A stretch of DNA of 64,000 bases from Dipteris shenzhenensis. Its lineage: Eukaryota. The stretch lies in NCBI GenBank assembly GCA_047967505.1, contig CM106538.1. One strand, given 5' to 3'. Below, piece by piece: positions 39,051 through 52,762 of this stretch (the first letter of the stretch is position 1; each line of letters opens with the position of its first letter). Both the position numbers and the translations under genes were made by a program. Under the pieces are notes generated by a model that was not told where the DNA came from, made no database searches, and was given only the letters and a program-made list of their open reading frames with translations.

Positions 39051-41699
39051 TGTTGGGATATATCAAGGCGTATGCCTCAGGCACACTTGGTTTCTATGTG
39101 TGAGTGCTAGAGGCACAGTTAGGTGCCCATAAGCATAGTTAGGTGGTGGTAAGCCACATAGGATGATTGAGAGAATCTAGGAGCAGATCGAGGAGATGAT
39201 TGTGGAGCTCTGAAGTCATCAATGATGTCAGTGAGCATGTAAGGGGTGCCTACATAAGGACCTCACTCTTCTTCATTCTATATGCAAGTATTCTGAATTT
39301 GTGTCCACTCTACTCTTTCCTTTCAGTTTACCAACATGGTATCAGAGCCATTTGATCCTCCTTGATTCCATTTCTGCCACATCATCATCTTCTTCTCCAC
39401 CTTCTTCTTCACCATCTCTTCCTCTTCTTCCCAAAACTTGCTTAAGCCTGTTCTCCTCCATTTCTCTACCGTTCTCCACGCCCTTCCTACTAGAGATACA
39501 CCTCAAAGGGGCGAACCCTTGGCTGCAAGGAATCAACAAATTATCGCTTCTGTTCGTCGCCATTTCATGTAGATCGTCGACCCTTCTTCCTGTGTTTTCT
39601 CTTAGAATGCTCCATGCTTCTCTAATTCCTTTCAGAGGGAGCTTGTCCATACCTAGAGCTATCCTGTTCTGAAATCTAAGTAGCAATGGCTACATATTCA
39701 AGCTGAAAACAGAGAAAAACCAGTCGAAAATGGAGAGATAAGCTATGGTTCCCTGACGTGATTTTGCGCCCTTTCTCCTCAGTGGACCTTCTATGGTATA
39801 CAAGCTTTATTTTGCTTCAAAAATCCCCTTTTTCTTTGCTCTGGAGAGTGAGATTCAAGCCCTCCAAGTTCAGTCTTTTGATTTTGACAGTTTTGATAAG
39901 TTTTTGAGAGTGATGCTACATAAGATGCTATTCTAGCATTTCTGAGTTTTTGAAGTTTTCAATAACATCAATACAACTGTGGCTTCAGCTTTACTTTGAG
40001 TTGCTATACCTGGTTTTGATTGGAAAGCTTTCATTTTTAGCCACCTCTATGAAGCATGTAAGAAAAAGTATCATTGATTGAATTTTGGTCACTAGTCTTT
40101 GCTACATTAAATGCTTATATTTGGAAGCCTTTCAATTGTTATTCTAGCCTTGTAAGAGAGAAGACACTGCCCAATACTTGGGTTAGACCCTCTCATGGCT
40201 ACCATATTGAATATAGATAAGTTCAATGGAAAGGGCTTCCACACATGGCAGATGAAGGTGAAATTTGCATTGATGAGGGAAAACCTCTGGGGACTTGTCA
40301 AACCGACTTCAACTTCTTCTTCTACAGCCTCCAATGCTGGAGAATCCTTAGCTCTGACATGCTCGACGAGGGATCCCAGAGAGGAGAAAGCATATGGTAT
40401 CATTGCTCTTGCTTTAGGAGATGATTATATTCATCACATATCTGACTTAGAGTCTCCTTTTGAAGCTTGGCAGAAGCTTGATATGATTTTTGGTGCTAGT
40501 TCTCACATCTCAAAATTATCACTTAAAATCTCTTTCTTTGAATTAAAGATGGTTAGTGGCACTCCTTTGGCAGCCCATGTCAATTACATGTGGAGTCTTA
40601 TGACTCAACTTGCTTCTATCAACTCTCCTATCACTACAGATGATGCTATGGCAGTGTTGCTTAAGAGTATGCCTGAAGATTATGATCATATTGTTACCAC
40701 TTTAAAAAATCTTCCTAATCCTAATCTTGAAGGTATTATCTCTGCTCTCCAAGAAGAAGAAAGGCACATGGAGCTCAGGAAAGGCAATGACATAGCTTAT
40801 GCTATAAAAATCCAGAAGGGCAAGTTTACACCTTGCAATCATTGTGGGAAGACAAATCACCTTTCAACTACTTCAAAATCAATCCATGCAAACACTGTGG
40901 CAAAAACAATCATCATGAGAAGTTTTGTAGAGCCAAAAAGGAAGAAACTTCAAAGACAGAAAATGCCAATCTACTTTCAGTTGATGTGCCTCCACAACAT
41001 GAGGCATCCTTTGAAGATTATGCATTTTAAATCATCTCTATGTATGCTCCAGATCTCTCTTTTTTATCTTGAGTCAAGGTACTTAGCCTGGATAGTCCTC
41101 CAAAATGAATGAAATAAACTATTGTGTCTTGTGTGTTTTTTGTAAACACCTCTGGTGACCTTATTATGTAGACCATGTGTATGTGTTTTGCTCCATGGTA
41201 CCTCGTGCAGACATTGTGTGCATGTACATACAGGGGAGATAACCATTGGAAGGTCTTTTTGTATCCCTTTTGTTTACCTTATACCCATGGGAACCCTTGC
41301 TAGCTTGAGATCCTAGCCATTGATAGATCCATGACCACCATGAGATGGCATGAGACACCTTGTGCTAGCTGTATCCTTGACATAGCCTGAGGCATTCCCT
41401 TGAGGGGGGGTTTGTTAGGATATATCAAGGTGTATGCCTCAGGCACACCTTGGTTTCTATGTGGGAGTGCTAGAGGCACAGTTAGGTGCCCATAAGCACA
41501 GTTAGGTGGTGGTAAGCCACATAGGATGATTGAGAGAATCTAGGAGCAGATTGAGGAGATGATTGTGGATCTCTGAAGTCATCAGTGATGTCAGTGAGCA
41601 TGTAAGGGGTGCCTACATAAGGACCTCACTCTTCTTCATTCTATATGCAAGTATTCTGAATTTGTGTCCACTCTACTCTTTCCTTTCAGTTTACCAACA
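39051..41699 (+). mobile_element. Gag-only non-autonomous LTR retrotransposon A (TR-GAG-like, 2.65 kb)
   Basis: LTRs at 39051-39336 and 41413-41699 (TG..CA), TSD GTGAA, PBS TGGTATCAGAGCC, PPT GAGGGGGGG, no pol. Confidence 0.93.
40195..41030 (+). pseudogene. gag: Copia-type Gag with two CCHC zinc knuckles, frameshifted between the knuckles
   Basis: IDKFNGKGFHTWQMK, LLKSMPEDYDHIV, CNHCGKTNH, then CKHCGKNNHHEKFC in another frame. Confidence 0.88.
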
Positions 41700-42678
41700 G
41701 TGAACCCTTTCAGATTATGCTCGACATCTTGGTCGACATGGCCCATAGACTTGGTGAATTACAATATCCCACCATGGCTAACAAGAAGAGACACCTCATG
41801 CTTGCACTACTTATGCCAGGGAAGTACAAGGCCAAGAATATGGATGTGTACATGTCACCTTTGATAGAGGAGTTACAGATCTTATGGAGAGGAGTGTGGG
41901 TCTTTGATATTTCCAGAGCTCCTAGACATACCAATGACATTTTGGTCAAGAGAATATTGATGTGGACCATACATGACTACCTAGGATATGGAGAGTGCGC
42001 AGGTACGTGGTTGTGTCTTTACATGTATAATATATGATTATGCTTTTATGAGTCTCTTTCGTGTGCATGTCTTATACTAGCACATTCATGCACGCATGCA
42101 GGACTTGTTACAAGTGGGTACCATGCTTGTCCTATTTGTGGGCCGAGTCATACTCGATACCTTTCGCTGGACCACATCTCGCGCATGGAGGCCAGCTTGA
42201 TCCACCACCACCATATTTGAAGGCAAGTGATTGGATTCAGGCTTGGAGGGTGAATGGAGAGGAGCCTCCTTATGGTATGAAGAGGCTATCCATCTTTCAC
42301 GAGCTTCCTTACTGGGGTCACAGTTACAAATCAATCATCTCTTGGATCCCATGCATATCTTCAAGAATGTGGGGAATACTATTTGGCACACTTGGTTGGT
42401 TCCAAAGACTCCAAAGGAGTGTGAGAAGACTTGTGCGCTATGAATAGGATTCCTTGTTTGTGGCCCCAAGTGCCTGTTCATAAAGTTGTCCTCCCAAAGT
42501 AACATGGATCCTCTCCAAGAGAGAGGAGGCAGTGGTCAAGGTGGACATTGCCTCTTCTCGAACACCGATAGGGTACATGCATTGCTTGAAAGGAGCATTT
42601 TCAAAGGACAATAAGCTTAGTGCACTCAAGTCCCATGATTAGCACAAAGTCTTATAGGTATTCTAAGCTGTAGGATTA

Positions 42679-45446
42679 TGTTGGGATAAGTATGATCAAG
42701 GGCTTGCTCTATGGTGCATGTGTGCATCTCGGGAGTCACATGTGTGTTTGTGTGTGTTGTAAAGGCACATCAAGTGCTATGATGTGTCTAGTGTGTGACC
42801 TAAGTGATGATGTAAGCCAAAGGCCCCCACAGGGGAGGTTGATTTAGGCTAGTCCCACTGATTTAGGGACTGATTCCCACTAATGTAGGGGCTGATTGCC
42901 ACTTATGTAGGGAAGGTGCTACCTTCTCCCCCTTTCTATAAGAGAGATTCCTCTCTCACACAATCTATAATAGAGAACTACATTTTTGGTTTCATTGTGC
43001 TCTCACTCCTCTTCCAAGATGGATCTATTCTATCCTACAGGATTCTACACTTGGTATCAGAGCTTTAGGTTCTAGATCTAGCCTAGCCTAGCATTAGATT
43101 CTCTCTCTAGCATAAACTACTAGTTTTTGAAAGCTTATTCATCATCTCCATTTTCCTCTTTCTTCCCCAAATTTTGTAAGAGCATGTTCTCTACCTACAG
43201 GCAACTATTCTCCAAGTCCTCTGAGCTGTAGACTCCTCGTGTATGGGTTCCCTTCCAGCTGCAAGCAATTAGAGAAATATTACCTGTACGCGCAATGCCA
43301 ACACGAAGATTGTCTGTCGATGAATTGCAAAATTTTGCCTCTGTGGTCACCTATCTGCAAATCCCTCTGAGCTTGAGCTGGACAACACTACAGGCAAGCT
43401 GCTGATGAAATCTGAACCCATTTGGTCAAGAATTGGAGGCGCAACAGACAAAAAACCAGTCGATTTTCCAAAGCTTGGCTATGGTGACCTGGCGCAATAT
43501 TGTGCTCTTCCTTGGTGGAGGACCTTCTCTGGTATAAGGCCTTTCTTCCCTGTATAAAAATCCCCTTGAATAGAGCTATGAGCTATGAGAATTGTACCCT
43601 CCAAGTTCAGGCCTCTGTTTTGGACAGTTTTGACAATGTTGTGAGTTTGATGCTACAATAGATGCTACTCTAGCATTTCTGATGTTTTAAACTCTTGAAT
43701 AGCATCAACAACTGTGGCTACAACTTTCCTTTAAGTTGCTATACCTGTATTTACTTGGAATACTTTCATTTAGCCACCTCTATGAAACATGCAAGTTGAA
43801 GCATCATTTCCATTATGATTTGTAGTATGGAATTTGGTTACAAGTCTTTGCTACACTAAATGCTTGTACTTTGAAGTTTTTCAACTTTTTCTAGCCTTGT
43901 AAGAGAGTAGACACTGCCCATTTTGGGTTAGACCCTCTCATGGCTACCTTCTTGAATATGGATAAGTTCAATGGTAAAGGCTTTCACACATGGCAGATGA
44001 AAGTTAAGGTTGCATTGATGAGGGAAAACCTCTGGGGGCTTGTCAAACCTACTTTCACTTCTTCTTCAACAACCTCTAATGCTGGAGAATCCTCAGCTCC
44101 TACATGCCGGGCATGAGATCCTGCTAGAGAGGAGAAAGCTTATGGCACTATTGCTCTTGGCTTAGGAGATAACTATTTTCATCTCCTTCTAAAGCTTGGC
44201 AGAAGCTTTATATTATTTTTGGTGCTAGCTCTCACATCTCAAAATTGTCACTTAAGATTGCTTTCTTTGAATTGAAGATGGCTAGTGGCACTCCCTTGGC
44301 TGCCCATGTCAATCACATGCAGAGTCTCATGACTCAACTTGCTTCTATCGACTCTGCAATCACTACAGATGATGCAATGGCAGTATTGCTCAAAAGTATG
44401 CCTGAAGATTATGATCATGTTGTTACCACTTTGAAAAGTCTTCCTAATCCTACTCTTGAAGGTCTTATTACTGCTCTTCAAGAAGAAGAAAGGCACATGG
44501 AACTCCGGAGAGGCAATGACATAGCCTATGCCATAAAAACTCAAAAGGGCAAGTTTTCACCTTGCAGACATTGTGGGAAGACTAATCACCTCTCAAAAGA
44601 TTGCTTCAAGATCAATCCTTGCAAACATTGTGGCAAAAACAATCACCATGAAAAGTATTGTAAATCCAAAAAGGAAGCAACTACAAAGCCAGAAACTTCC
44701 AATTTACTTTCAGTTGATGTGCCTCCACAAGATGAGGCCTCCTATGAAGAATATGCTTCGTAAGCACTTTGTCTTTTTTATTTTTTTTAATCATCACTTG
44801 GTCAAATTTTGAGGTTCTCTACCTGGAGTAATACTCCAAAAAGAATATCATATGTTATTTTGTAAATCACCTCTAGTCACCGTATGATGTAGACCATGTG
44901 ATATGTGTTTTGTCTATCCCGTTTCTGTGAAACTCACACCCTTGGGAACCCTTGCTAGCATGAGATCCTAGCCATAGATTTATCTTTGACCACCATGAGA
45001 TGGCATGAGAAACTATGAGACTAGATGTATCCTTGACACTGCAAGAGGCAAACCCTTGAGGGAGGGTATGTTGGGATAAGTATGATCAAGGGCTTGCTCT
45101 ATGGTGCATGTGTGCATCTAGGGGAGTCACATGTGTGTTTGTGTGTGTTGTAAAGGCACATCAAGTGCTATGATGTGTCTAGTGTGTGACCTAAGTGATG
45201 ATGTAAACTAAAGGCCCCCACATGGGAGGTTCCTTTGATTTAGGCCAGTCCCACTGATGTAGGGACTGATTCCCACTAATGTAGGGGCTAATTGCCATTT
45301 ATGTAGGGAAGGTGCTACCTTCTCCCCCTTTCTATAAAAGAGAGTCCTCTCTCTCACAATCTATAATAGAGAACTACATTTTTGGTTTCATTGTGCTCTC
45401 ACTCCTCTTCCAAGATGCATTCTATTCTATCCTACAGGATTCTATA
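42679..45446 (+). mobile_element. Gag-only non-autonomous LTR retrotransposon B (2.77 kb), in a transposase intron
   Basis: LTRs at 42679-43049 and 45069-45446, TSD GATTA at 42674-78 and 45447-51, PBS at 43052, PPT GAGGGAGGG. Confidence 0.93.
43939..44763 (+). pseudogene. gag: Gag homologous to element A, with an early stop and a small deletion
   Basis: ATGGCTACC start, MDKFNGKGFHTWQMK, TGA near 44115, knuckles CRHCGKTNHLSKDC and CKHCGKNNHHEKYC. Confidence 0.88.
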
Positions 45447-45690
45447 GATTAGTATACCGATACTCATGATGCGTTAGTGTAATTATGATTATGTTATATT
45501 ATTGACATGACATCTTTATACCTTGGATAGTTCATCCTCTCAATTACAGGTGAAAGGGTGCTTACAAGAAGATGTTAGAAATGCTATATTCAAGATCAGC
45601 GGTATTGTGAGGTATGCTTATTATCAACTTGCATTGATTGCATTTTCTTCAATTTAAGTTGAATAATCTGTAGACTAATTATGAATATAT

Positions 45691-47550
45691 TGTGACATGA
45701 AGTTGGGGGTAATAAACTTCACACACCTCTTCACTTCCTACTGCTTTTAAACTAAGTGACAAAGATATTTATCATTGAGAAAGGGACATTAAAAAGAAGC
45801 TTTTATGCCAAGATACCACACCATACTTTCCTCCCTTAGATGAGAATGAAGATGGTAACATCCTAGGTGATGTTGTACTCAAGCATAGGGAGAAGGAAAG
45901 GATCAGCAGAGGCCATAATCTCAGCAAGTTGGTCTGTGCCAAAGAGAAGAGCGATACGTTGTTGAAAGAAGATCTTGCAACTCAACATGACATGAACTAA
46001 TATATATCGAGGAGTTTGAGGGGGCTGATTGGGTCGGAAACATTGCACCTCCTTCATAGATACCTTTACACTTAGCTCAAAACACTCTGCAAACTGCCAT
46101 TAGACATAGAGGCCTATAACTTGCAGTAGAGACATGATACCAAATATTCAAACATATATAGAGATGCGCCTTGAGATGGGCTTTGCGTTGATATACATTT
46201 CGTAAGAAACAAAGAAGCGGTGAGAAAGTTATGGACAGTTTATTAGACGGGGTAAAAATTGTCATGAAAACAGACTATCAAACACAAAGACTCATAACTT
46301 TTTGCTATAGTATTTGATTCAAGGTCTAATAACATGAGAATAACATAGAGACATGCTGTTGAAGAGAGCTTTGTGTTGATATATTTTTCATCAAAATCGG
46401 ACTAACGAGTGGAAAGTTATAAGCAAAACACTAATAGAGGGTCAAACTATCATGAAAACTATCCTCCACCCATGCTAATTTCATTTGAGCAGGATGCTCC
46501 CTCAAGACTCCACCTTCATCAACGATCCACCACGCATAGATTTTGCCTAGAATTGGTGGCTGGAGAAATAGATGGACCATGTGTGTGCAATGAGTGGCCG
46601 AATAGAAAGAACTTAGGAAAGGAAGAAAAGGGAAGAGAGACTCAAGAGAGGGAATACGAAGTGATCTTCATTGTCAATAGAGTGAGACTCCACTCCAATG
46701 CAACTCAAAATACTACAAACACAAGGGAGAAGAAGAGGTTTCATACATGTACAAGAGGGAGCTAAAGCTCCAAGACTACTCATAAAGAGAGAATAAGCTA
46801 GAGAGAGATGGACTCAAGAGTCTACATAAGAGAATATTTACTACAAGAGGTAGAGAAGGCTCATGGAAGAGGCTTGAGGAGAATAGAGCTATAGCAACAT
46901 GAGGCCTAATGGTGGAAGAGATGATGAACAAGGGAGAGGAGGGCTCCTTTTATAGAGATTTTGTCACCCTCCTTCACCCATTTATGATTGCTGCCTGTAG
47001 ATTCTTTTCCTCATCAATCACATAAGCCCGTATATCACCATTGATGTCCTATTTGGCTACTCTTGCCATGTGTCCCATTAAAAGATGCTCATGACTCTTA
47101 AAATATTGAAAAAGTCAAGAGTCTCCCCACATGGAGCCCATAGGGACCCTCTCTTTTCCATATGTCCACATCCTCCTTATTCCACATAGGAATTCTAGAA
47201 AGATTCCTCTTGACTCCACACTCCTCCACATGCCTTCCACATGCTTGGCATGTGGCCTTTCTTATATTATTAGAACACATGGACATGAGCCCACCTCTTT
47301 ATATGACTCACTCTTCCTATTTTCTAAAAACCCCATAATATCCCATACACAAATAACTCTCACCCCATACTAAGGTATTTATAATTCATACCTATGGTAC
47401 TTACAATGATCCATTCCACTCATCCTCTCAATCCCACAAAATAGAAATAAGTGAGAACCGCTAGGCTATCACTTGATACTCAAACTCTTATCAAACATAG
47501 AAGAAAACAATACCAACGCCAAATTAAAAGTATCAATTTTTGGCATCACA
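45691..47550 (-). repeat. Probable 3' LTR (~1.86 kb) of the Gypsy element
   Basis: TGTGA...TCACA inverted termini. On the - strand it follows a PPT (GGGGGGGGAAAGA) just past the integrase end. The partner LTR is not in the window, so the left boundary is inferred. Confidence 0.6.
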
Positions 47551-47606
47551 TCTTTCCCCCCCCAGCAGATCCTCTCTAGTGAGAGATAGAGAGGGTCTAC
47601 TAGCCC

Positions 47607-50129
47607 TCAAGGTGGTCGAGCATAGAAGAATTTAAGGCGATACTCATTGGTGCATCTGGGTTTCATCATGCCATCAACATCCTCAAGCTGATAGGTTCCA
47701 TTTGTGAACTTCTCTTTGACTCGATATGGTCCCTCCCATCGACCAATAAACTTTTTGTCTAGCCGCTTGTCCAGACGGCTATCAAATCTCATGACCAAAT
47801 CTCCTTTTACAATATCTTTCTTCTTGCGTAGTTTGGTGTCAAAACAGGCCTTGCACCTTTTTTAAGAAGCTTCCAAGTGTTGTAAGGCCTGTAATCTACA
47901 TTCATCCAAGGCTTCTAGTTGTACCAAGCATTGAGCATAGGCATCCTCCTGTCTTCTTTTCTTGCAACAGCAATGCGAAGACTATGTATCTCCAATTCAA
48001 TGGGCAAAATGGCTTCTATTCCATATACTAGTTGGAATGGTGTAAACCCAATAGCTAGCTTGTGTGTGGTTTTGTAAGACCATGAAACTTCTACCAAGTG
48101 CCTATCCCAATGCCTTTTCTTGGTGTCTACAAGCTTTCCCATTGAATTGCACAACAATCCATTTGTTTTCTTAGCCAAGCCATTACATTGGGGATAGTAC
48201 ACCACATCTTCAATAAGTTCATTTCTAAAAGAGGTTCCTCCATCAGTGAGAATTTCCAAAGGACAGCCAAAGTGTAAACAAATTTGATCAAAGAGAAATT
48301 TTGCAACTGTGCTTGCCTTGCTGTTGACTATGGCCTTGGCCTCTACCCACCGAGTCGCATAATCTGTGGCCACCAATAAATAATGCTTGCCCTAAGATGA
48401 CGAGGAAGTGGTCCCACAAAGTCCAACCCCCACCTCTCAAATGGTCCATATATGCTATAATAGGCTTCAAGGGCCCAGGAATCAACTGTCGCCTTCCAAA
48501 ATTTTGGCATACTTTACAACTTCGACACCATTCATATACATCCTTATGGAGGCATGGCCAAAAGTAACCTACATTAAGAATTCTCCTAGCTGTGCTCGTT
48601 GAAGGAAAATGACCGGAGCATTCATGACACATTTGTAGGATTCTCCTAGTCTCCATGGGATGGAGCACCCGACGGAGCACCTTATCTTTTCCTAATTTAT
48701 AAAGAATGTCATCAACAATAGTATAGGGACAAGCCTTCCTTACCAATCTTTGCTTCTATTGTGGAGTTAACCCTCAAGAAAACATGCCTTCTTCCACATA
48801 TTGCTGAACATCTTCCAGTTCTTGCCATCCAATGTCTACCAAAGAAACCTCCCCCCGGTCTAGTACTACAATGGCTTTAGTAGCTAACTCGTCTGCCCTT
48901 TGATTTTCTTTTTTGTTTATATGAACAAACTTGCAAAAATCAAATTGACTACATAGTGCCATAGCCTTTTCATTAAGCTACTTCAAATGAGGACTTCTTG
49001 TCTTGTAATGCCCTTGCATTTGCTTTATAATAAGCTGACAATCTCCTCTTACTTCCAATTCTTTAACTTGACTTTGAAGACAACCCTCCAAACCAAGAAT
49101 CAAAGCATTATACTTAGTTGCATTGTTAGTTGTGATACTTGGAAGCTCTTGTCCTCTTGCCCATACTTCTTGACCTCCCTTCAGGATTCATCAAGACCAT
49201 CCCCCCAACTCCTTGTTGGTGTGAAGGACTAAAAGCTCCATCAAAATACAAGACAAAAGCTGTTGGTGGTGTCTCCCTTTCATCTTTAATGTTCTCCTTA
49301 CATTTCTTTTCTTCTCCTAGATCCTCCCGTCTTGTGAGCAAATCTACCATAGTGGACCTAGTGGTATTTTCAGTGTGACAAAAGAGAAAGAGAACTCTTG
49401 AAGCTCTGACAACCATTTTGCAAATCTCCCCCCAGGATTAGGCTTGCAAACTAGATATGCTAATACAAACTGAGAGGTAAGGAAGAAAAATGGTCGAGGT
49501 AATAAACAGGAGCGAAACTTTCTGACTAAAAACACTAAAGAGAGAGCTTGCTGCTCCATTTCTTCATACCTTGTTTCCACCTCTGTAAGTTGTCGGCTGG
49601 CATAATAGATGGGTTGCATTCCACCTGCCTCTCCTTTTTGTAGCAATACAGCACCAACTTAATGCAAAGATACAATTGGATTTACATAAAAATCTTGAGA
49701 CCAATCAGGGGGCTTCAATATTGGGCCCTTACTCATGGCCTCCTTAAGTTGCTGAAAAGACTCTTGTTGCTCCACACCCCATTGGAAAGAAACTCCTTTT
49801 CTTGTCAACAAGTTCATGGGATGCACTAAATCTGTGAAATCATCACAAAAGTGTTGATAATACTTGCTCTTTCCTAGAATTCTATGAACACTAGTGACAC
49901 TCTCAGGACTTGGCAATGCCAAGATTCCTTGAACCTTGTCAGGATCCATTTGCAAGCCTTCTTCAGACACAATATGCCCCAACAAGCCTACTTTTTTTAA
50001 AGCCAAATGACACTTGCTAGGATTTAGACACACTTTTGCTTCATCAATCCTAGTAGCTAAGGCCATCTTTAACTTCTCCATGTGATCTATGCGCCGAGAA
50101 AAAATGCAAAAATCATCCAAAAACACCCT
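47607..50129 (-). pseudogene. pol: Ty3/Gypsy (Tat-like) pol: RT C-terminus, RNase H, additional RNase H (aRH), integrase
   Basis: RVFLDDF, PILKPPDWSQDF, PIYYASRQL, LYFDGAF..GVGG (aRH), ENQRADELA, CHE..GHF..CRSCKVCQ, VATDYATRWVEAKA, YYPQCNGLA, WEGPY. Confidence 0.9.
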
Positions 50130-50274
50130 GGAGAGACTCTTTTTTTTGGGGGGGGGGAATGAAAGCATTTTCAACGTAGCATTTGTCTCTCTCTCATTAA
50201 TCTCAAAGGCCCCAAAATGAGCTCCATTTTTTTCTAATACCAGCCCTTATTTCTGACCCCTAGTGTGGTGCCTT

Positions 50275-50276
<2 letters not shown>

Positions 50277-50332
<56 letters not shown>

Positions 50333-50338
50333 CCCCTC

Positions 50339-50385
<47 letters not shown>
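50277..50385. repeat. (CT)n microsatellite
   Basis: Direct observation. Confidence 0.97.
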
Positions 50386-50386
<1 letters not shown>

Positions 50387-52476
50387 GCTCCAGGTCCATC
50401 ATTAATTTTCTCTTCTTGAACCAAGTTTCTAGCTAGCATTTGAAATCACTCTTTAAGTACTAAGTGCTCAGATTTTGTGAATTGAATATTGAAGCTGTAT
50501 TTAAGTTCGAGAAAGGTTTTAATGGTACCAAAGCATGGAAGCATCATCTTTTATGGTGATGATGACAATCCCAACATGAAAGACTGGAAGAGATTTGCTG
50601 CAATCCAGAGAAAGAACCTCCTTAATGAAGCTTAACAACCCATTCTCATTTCCTCCAATTGCCCTTTGTGTTACCCTTCTCGCTTATCGGGTCGATCCCA
50701 GATTCTTTTTTCGGCCATATGCACGCACCAATGTATCGAGAGCTTTTCGGCAGCAAAGAAAAAAAACTAAACTTTAAACGATCACGAAAATAGTCATTCA
50801 TTCAAAAAAAGCTCGAAAACCCGTAGCCCAAATCATGCACTAAGGTCCTTAAGCAATCATAATTGAGTTACATATCATGACTTATATGTTGATGGAATGA
50901 ACTAGCTAAGGGGATGCAATCAGCCCTAGCATGTTGGCAGGATCCACCTAGGCTAAGCTACCCAATCAGTTTTATGTGATCGGCCACCAAAAGCAAGAGG
51001 ATTCCAATTTTTTGATGGCCTCAAATCGTGGTGTTTTGATGCAAGACTTATTTCTCTATTAGCCCATCATAGCAATGGCTTATTATGTTCATTCCTACTC
51101 AAAGTTTTGGTTCAAAAATAATGAAAGATTGTTTTGAGCCCTTGTGAAAATTCGAGGCATTGCTTATGGAATATGTTTTCTTAAAAAAGCAAGATGGGTG
51201 GTTGGGACCTTATCCTCCACAAGTAACCTTGCTTATGGAACATGTTTTGTCTAACAAAGCGAGATTGGTGGTTGGGACCATATCCTCCACCAATAACCTT
51301 GCAACCTAGAGATCAAACGAGTTGTATTTGTGATATGGAGATAGAGCAATATGATGATATTACATCAGAGTTTTCTTATGATAGTGGACAAGAATCCCCC
51401 ACATACCATAAAGTCATAGCATGGCTCGACTCATGGGAACCTCCATGATGTTTGAACTAAGTTTTGGGGAATCTACCCCAACAAAGTTTTGGGGAAGTAT
51501 ACCAAAAGGCTAAGTACATTAATGCTTATTAATTACTTTTTGCCCTAGTCCTTGTGTGTGTTGTCTCTCCTGATTGTTTCAAGAATATAGGATATTTAGA
51601 GTTTAAACATGATCTGAAAAGTTTATTTTAAGTCCAAGGCTTCAATTAAGAGGGTGTGAAATCAATTTTCACATAGTTATTGTTTCGAGTTATATTATCT
51701 CAAGCTCTAAAGATTTCAGTTATAATAACTCAATTATATTATTTCTAATATGGAACCAATTTCTTCTATTTAGTCAAGATCATGGACTTGTAGTTTTGCC
51801 ATTACAAAGAATCTTCTCCATTGGGCACAACTAATTAGAAGTCTACAAGGTGTTGCAAAAATGTACTTCTTCCAAAAAATAAAGAGAAATCTTCTATTTT
51901 TGACTCTGGCCAGAGAGAGTTGACTTTGGTCAACTAGAACAAGTTTCATTTTCCTTTGTTTTACATTAGTTAGTGTGCATCGTGGGGATGCCCACAAGGG
52001 AGTAGCATTAGTCCAAGAACTAGAATGCATGCATTAGCTAAGCTTTAATGGCTTAAAGCATGTTGGATATTATAGCAGGACCTTGGAGAGTGCAAAGAGG
52101 CCCTCATTATTTAGGGAAAGCACAAAAGTCGGCTTTACAAGAGAAAAGCCAAATACAAAGCACCCAATTTGGGAAGAAAGCATATCGCAATGGGCAGGTA
52201 GCCTAAAAGAGAGCCAGCAAGGAGATCGCCAATTTGGATAAGAAAGCTAAAGCTTTTAAGGGAAAGTCAACTTATTTGGCTTAAAGCCAACATTTTGGAA
52301 AAAGCCAAGGTGCCAAGCTTATGAATTAAATGGCAACCTTGGTCTTCGTATGGATGAGAATCCAAGTCGTATCAGAATCATGCTCCCTTTGGGCAAGCTT
52401 TGTAATATATTTCTATTGTAATAAATAACTTTGAGAGGTGCCAACCCTTATTCCTGGTGCCTAGTGTGGAAACTTG

Positions 52477-52515
<39 letters not shown>

Positions 52516-52646
52516 ATTCCAGCTTCGTTATTAAGTTTTTATTGCTGAACCAAGTTTCCAGCTAGCATGCAAAATTGTTTTTTAAGTGCTAATAGATAGA
52601 TGTGCTGCAAAGTCAATATATAAGTTGTCTTTTAGTTCAAGAAAGA

Positions 52647-52762
<116 letters not shown>

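Larger units (their letters stand above)
38390..45611 (+). pseudogene. CACTA (TnpD/Tnp2, Transposase_21-type) transposase with introns and nested insertions
   Basis: Motifs KAKYGWSDT, YDTIHACHNVCILF, LHLGLAMDGV|NPF (split by an LTR element), YNIPPW, MDVYMSPLIEEL, WTIHDYLGYG, GYHACPICG, LDPMHIFKNV, LKSHD. GT-AG introns near 38511-38615, 42003-42100, 42658-45530 and from 45612. Confidence 0.9.
37054..45690 (+). mobile_element. CACTA/En-Spm DNA transposon, 5' part (3' end not found)
   Basis: CACTACAAC at 37054, subterminal palindromic repeats of the GTCGCTATATAGCGAC type at 37708-37815, and downstream Tnp2-like transposase exons. Confidence 0.75.

Noticed and set aside
39301-39686. ORFs on both strands in the leaders of elements A and C (also 62750-63269)
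   Set aside because: They overlap the LTR/PBS and CT-rich leader, and frames are not conserved among A, B and C.
52061-52594. Solo LTR starting TGTTGG
   Set aside because: No CA end or matching TSD could be found.
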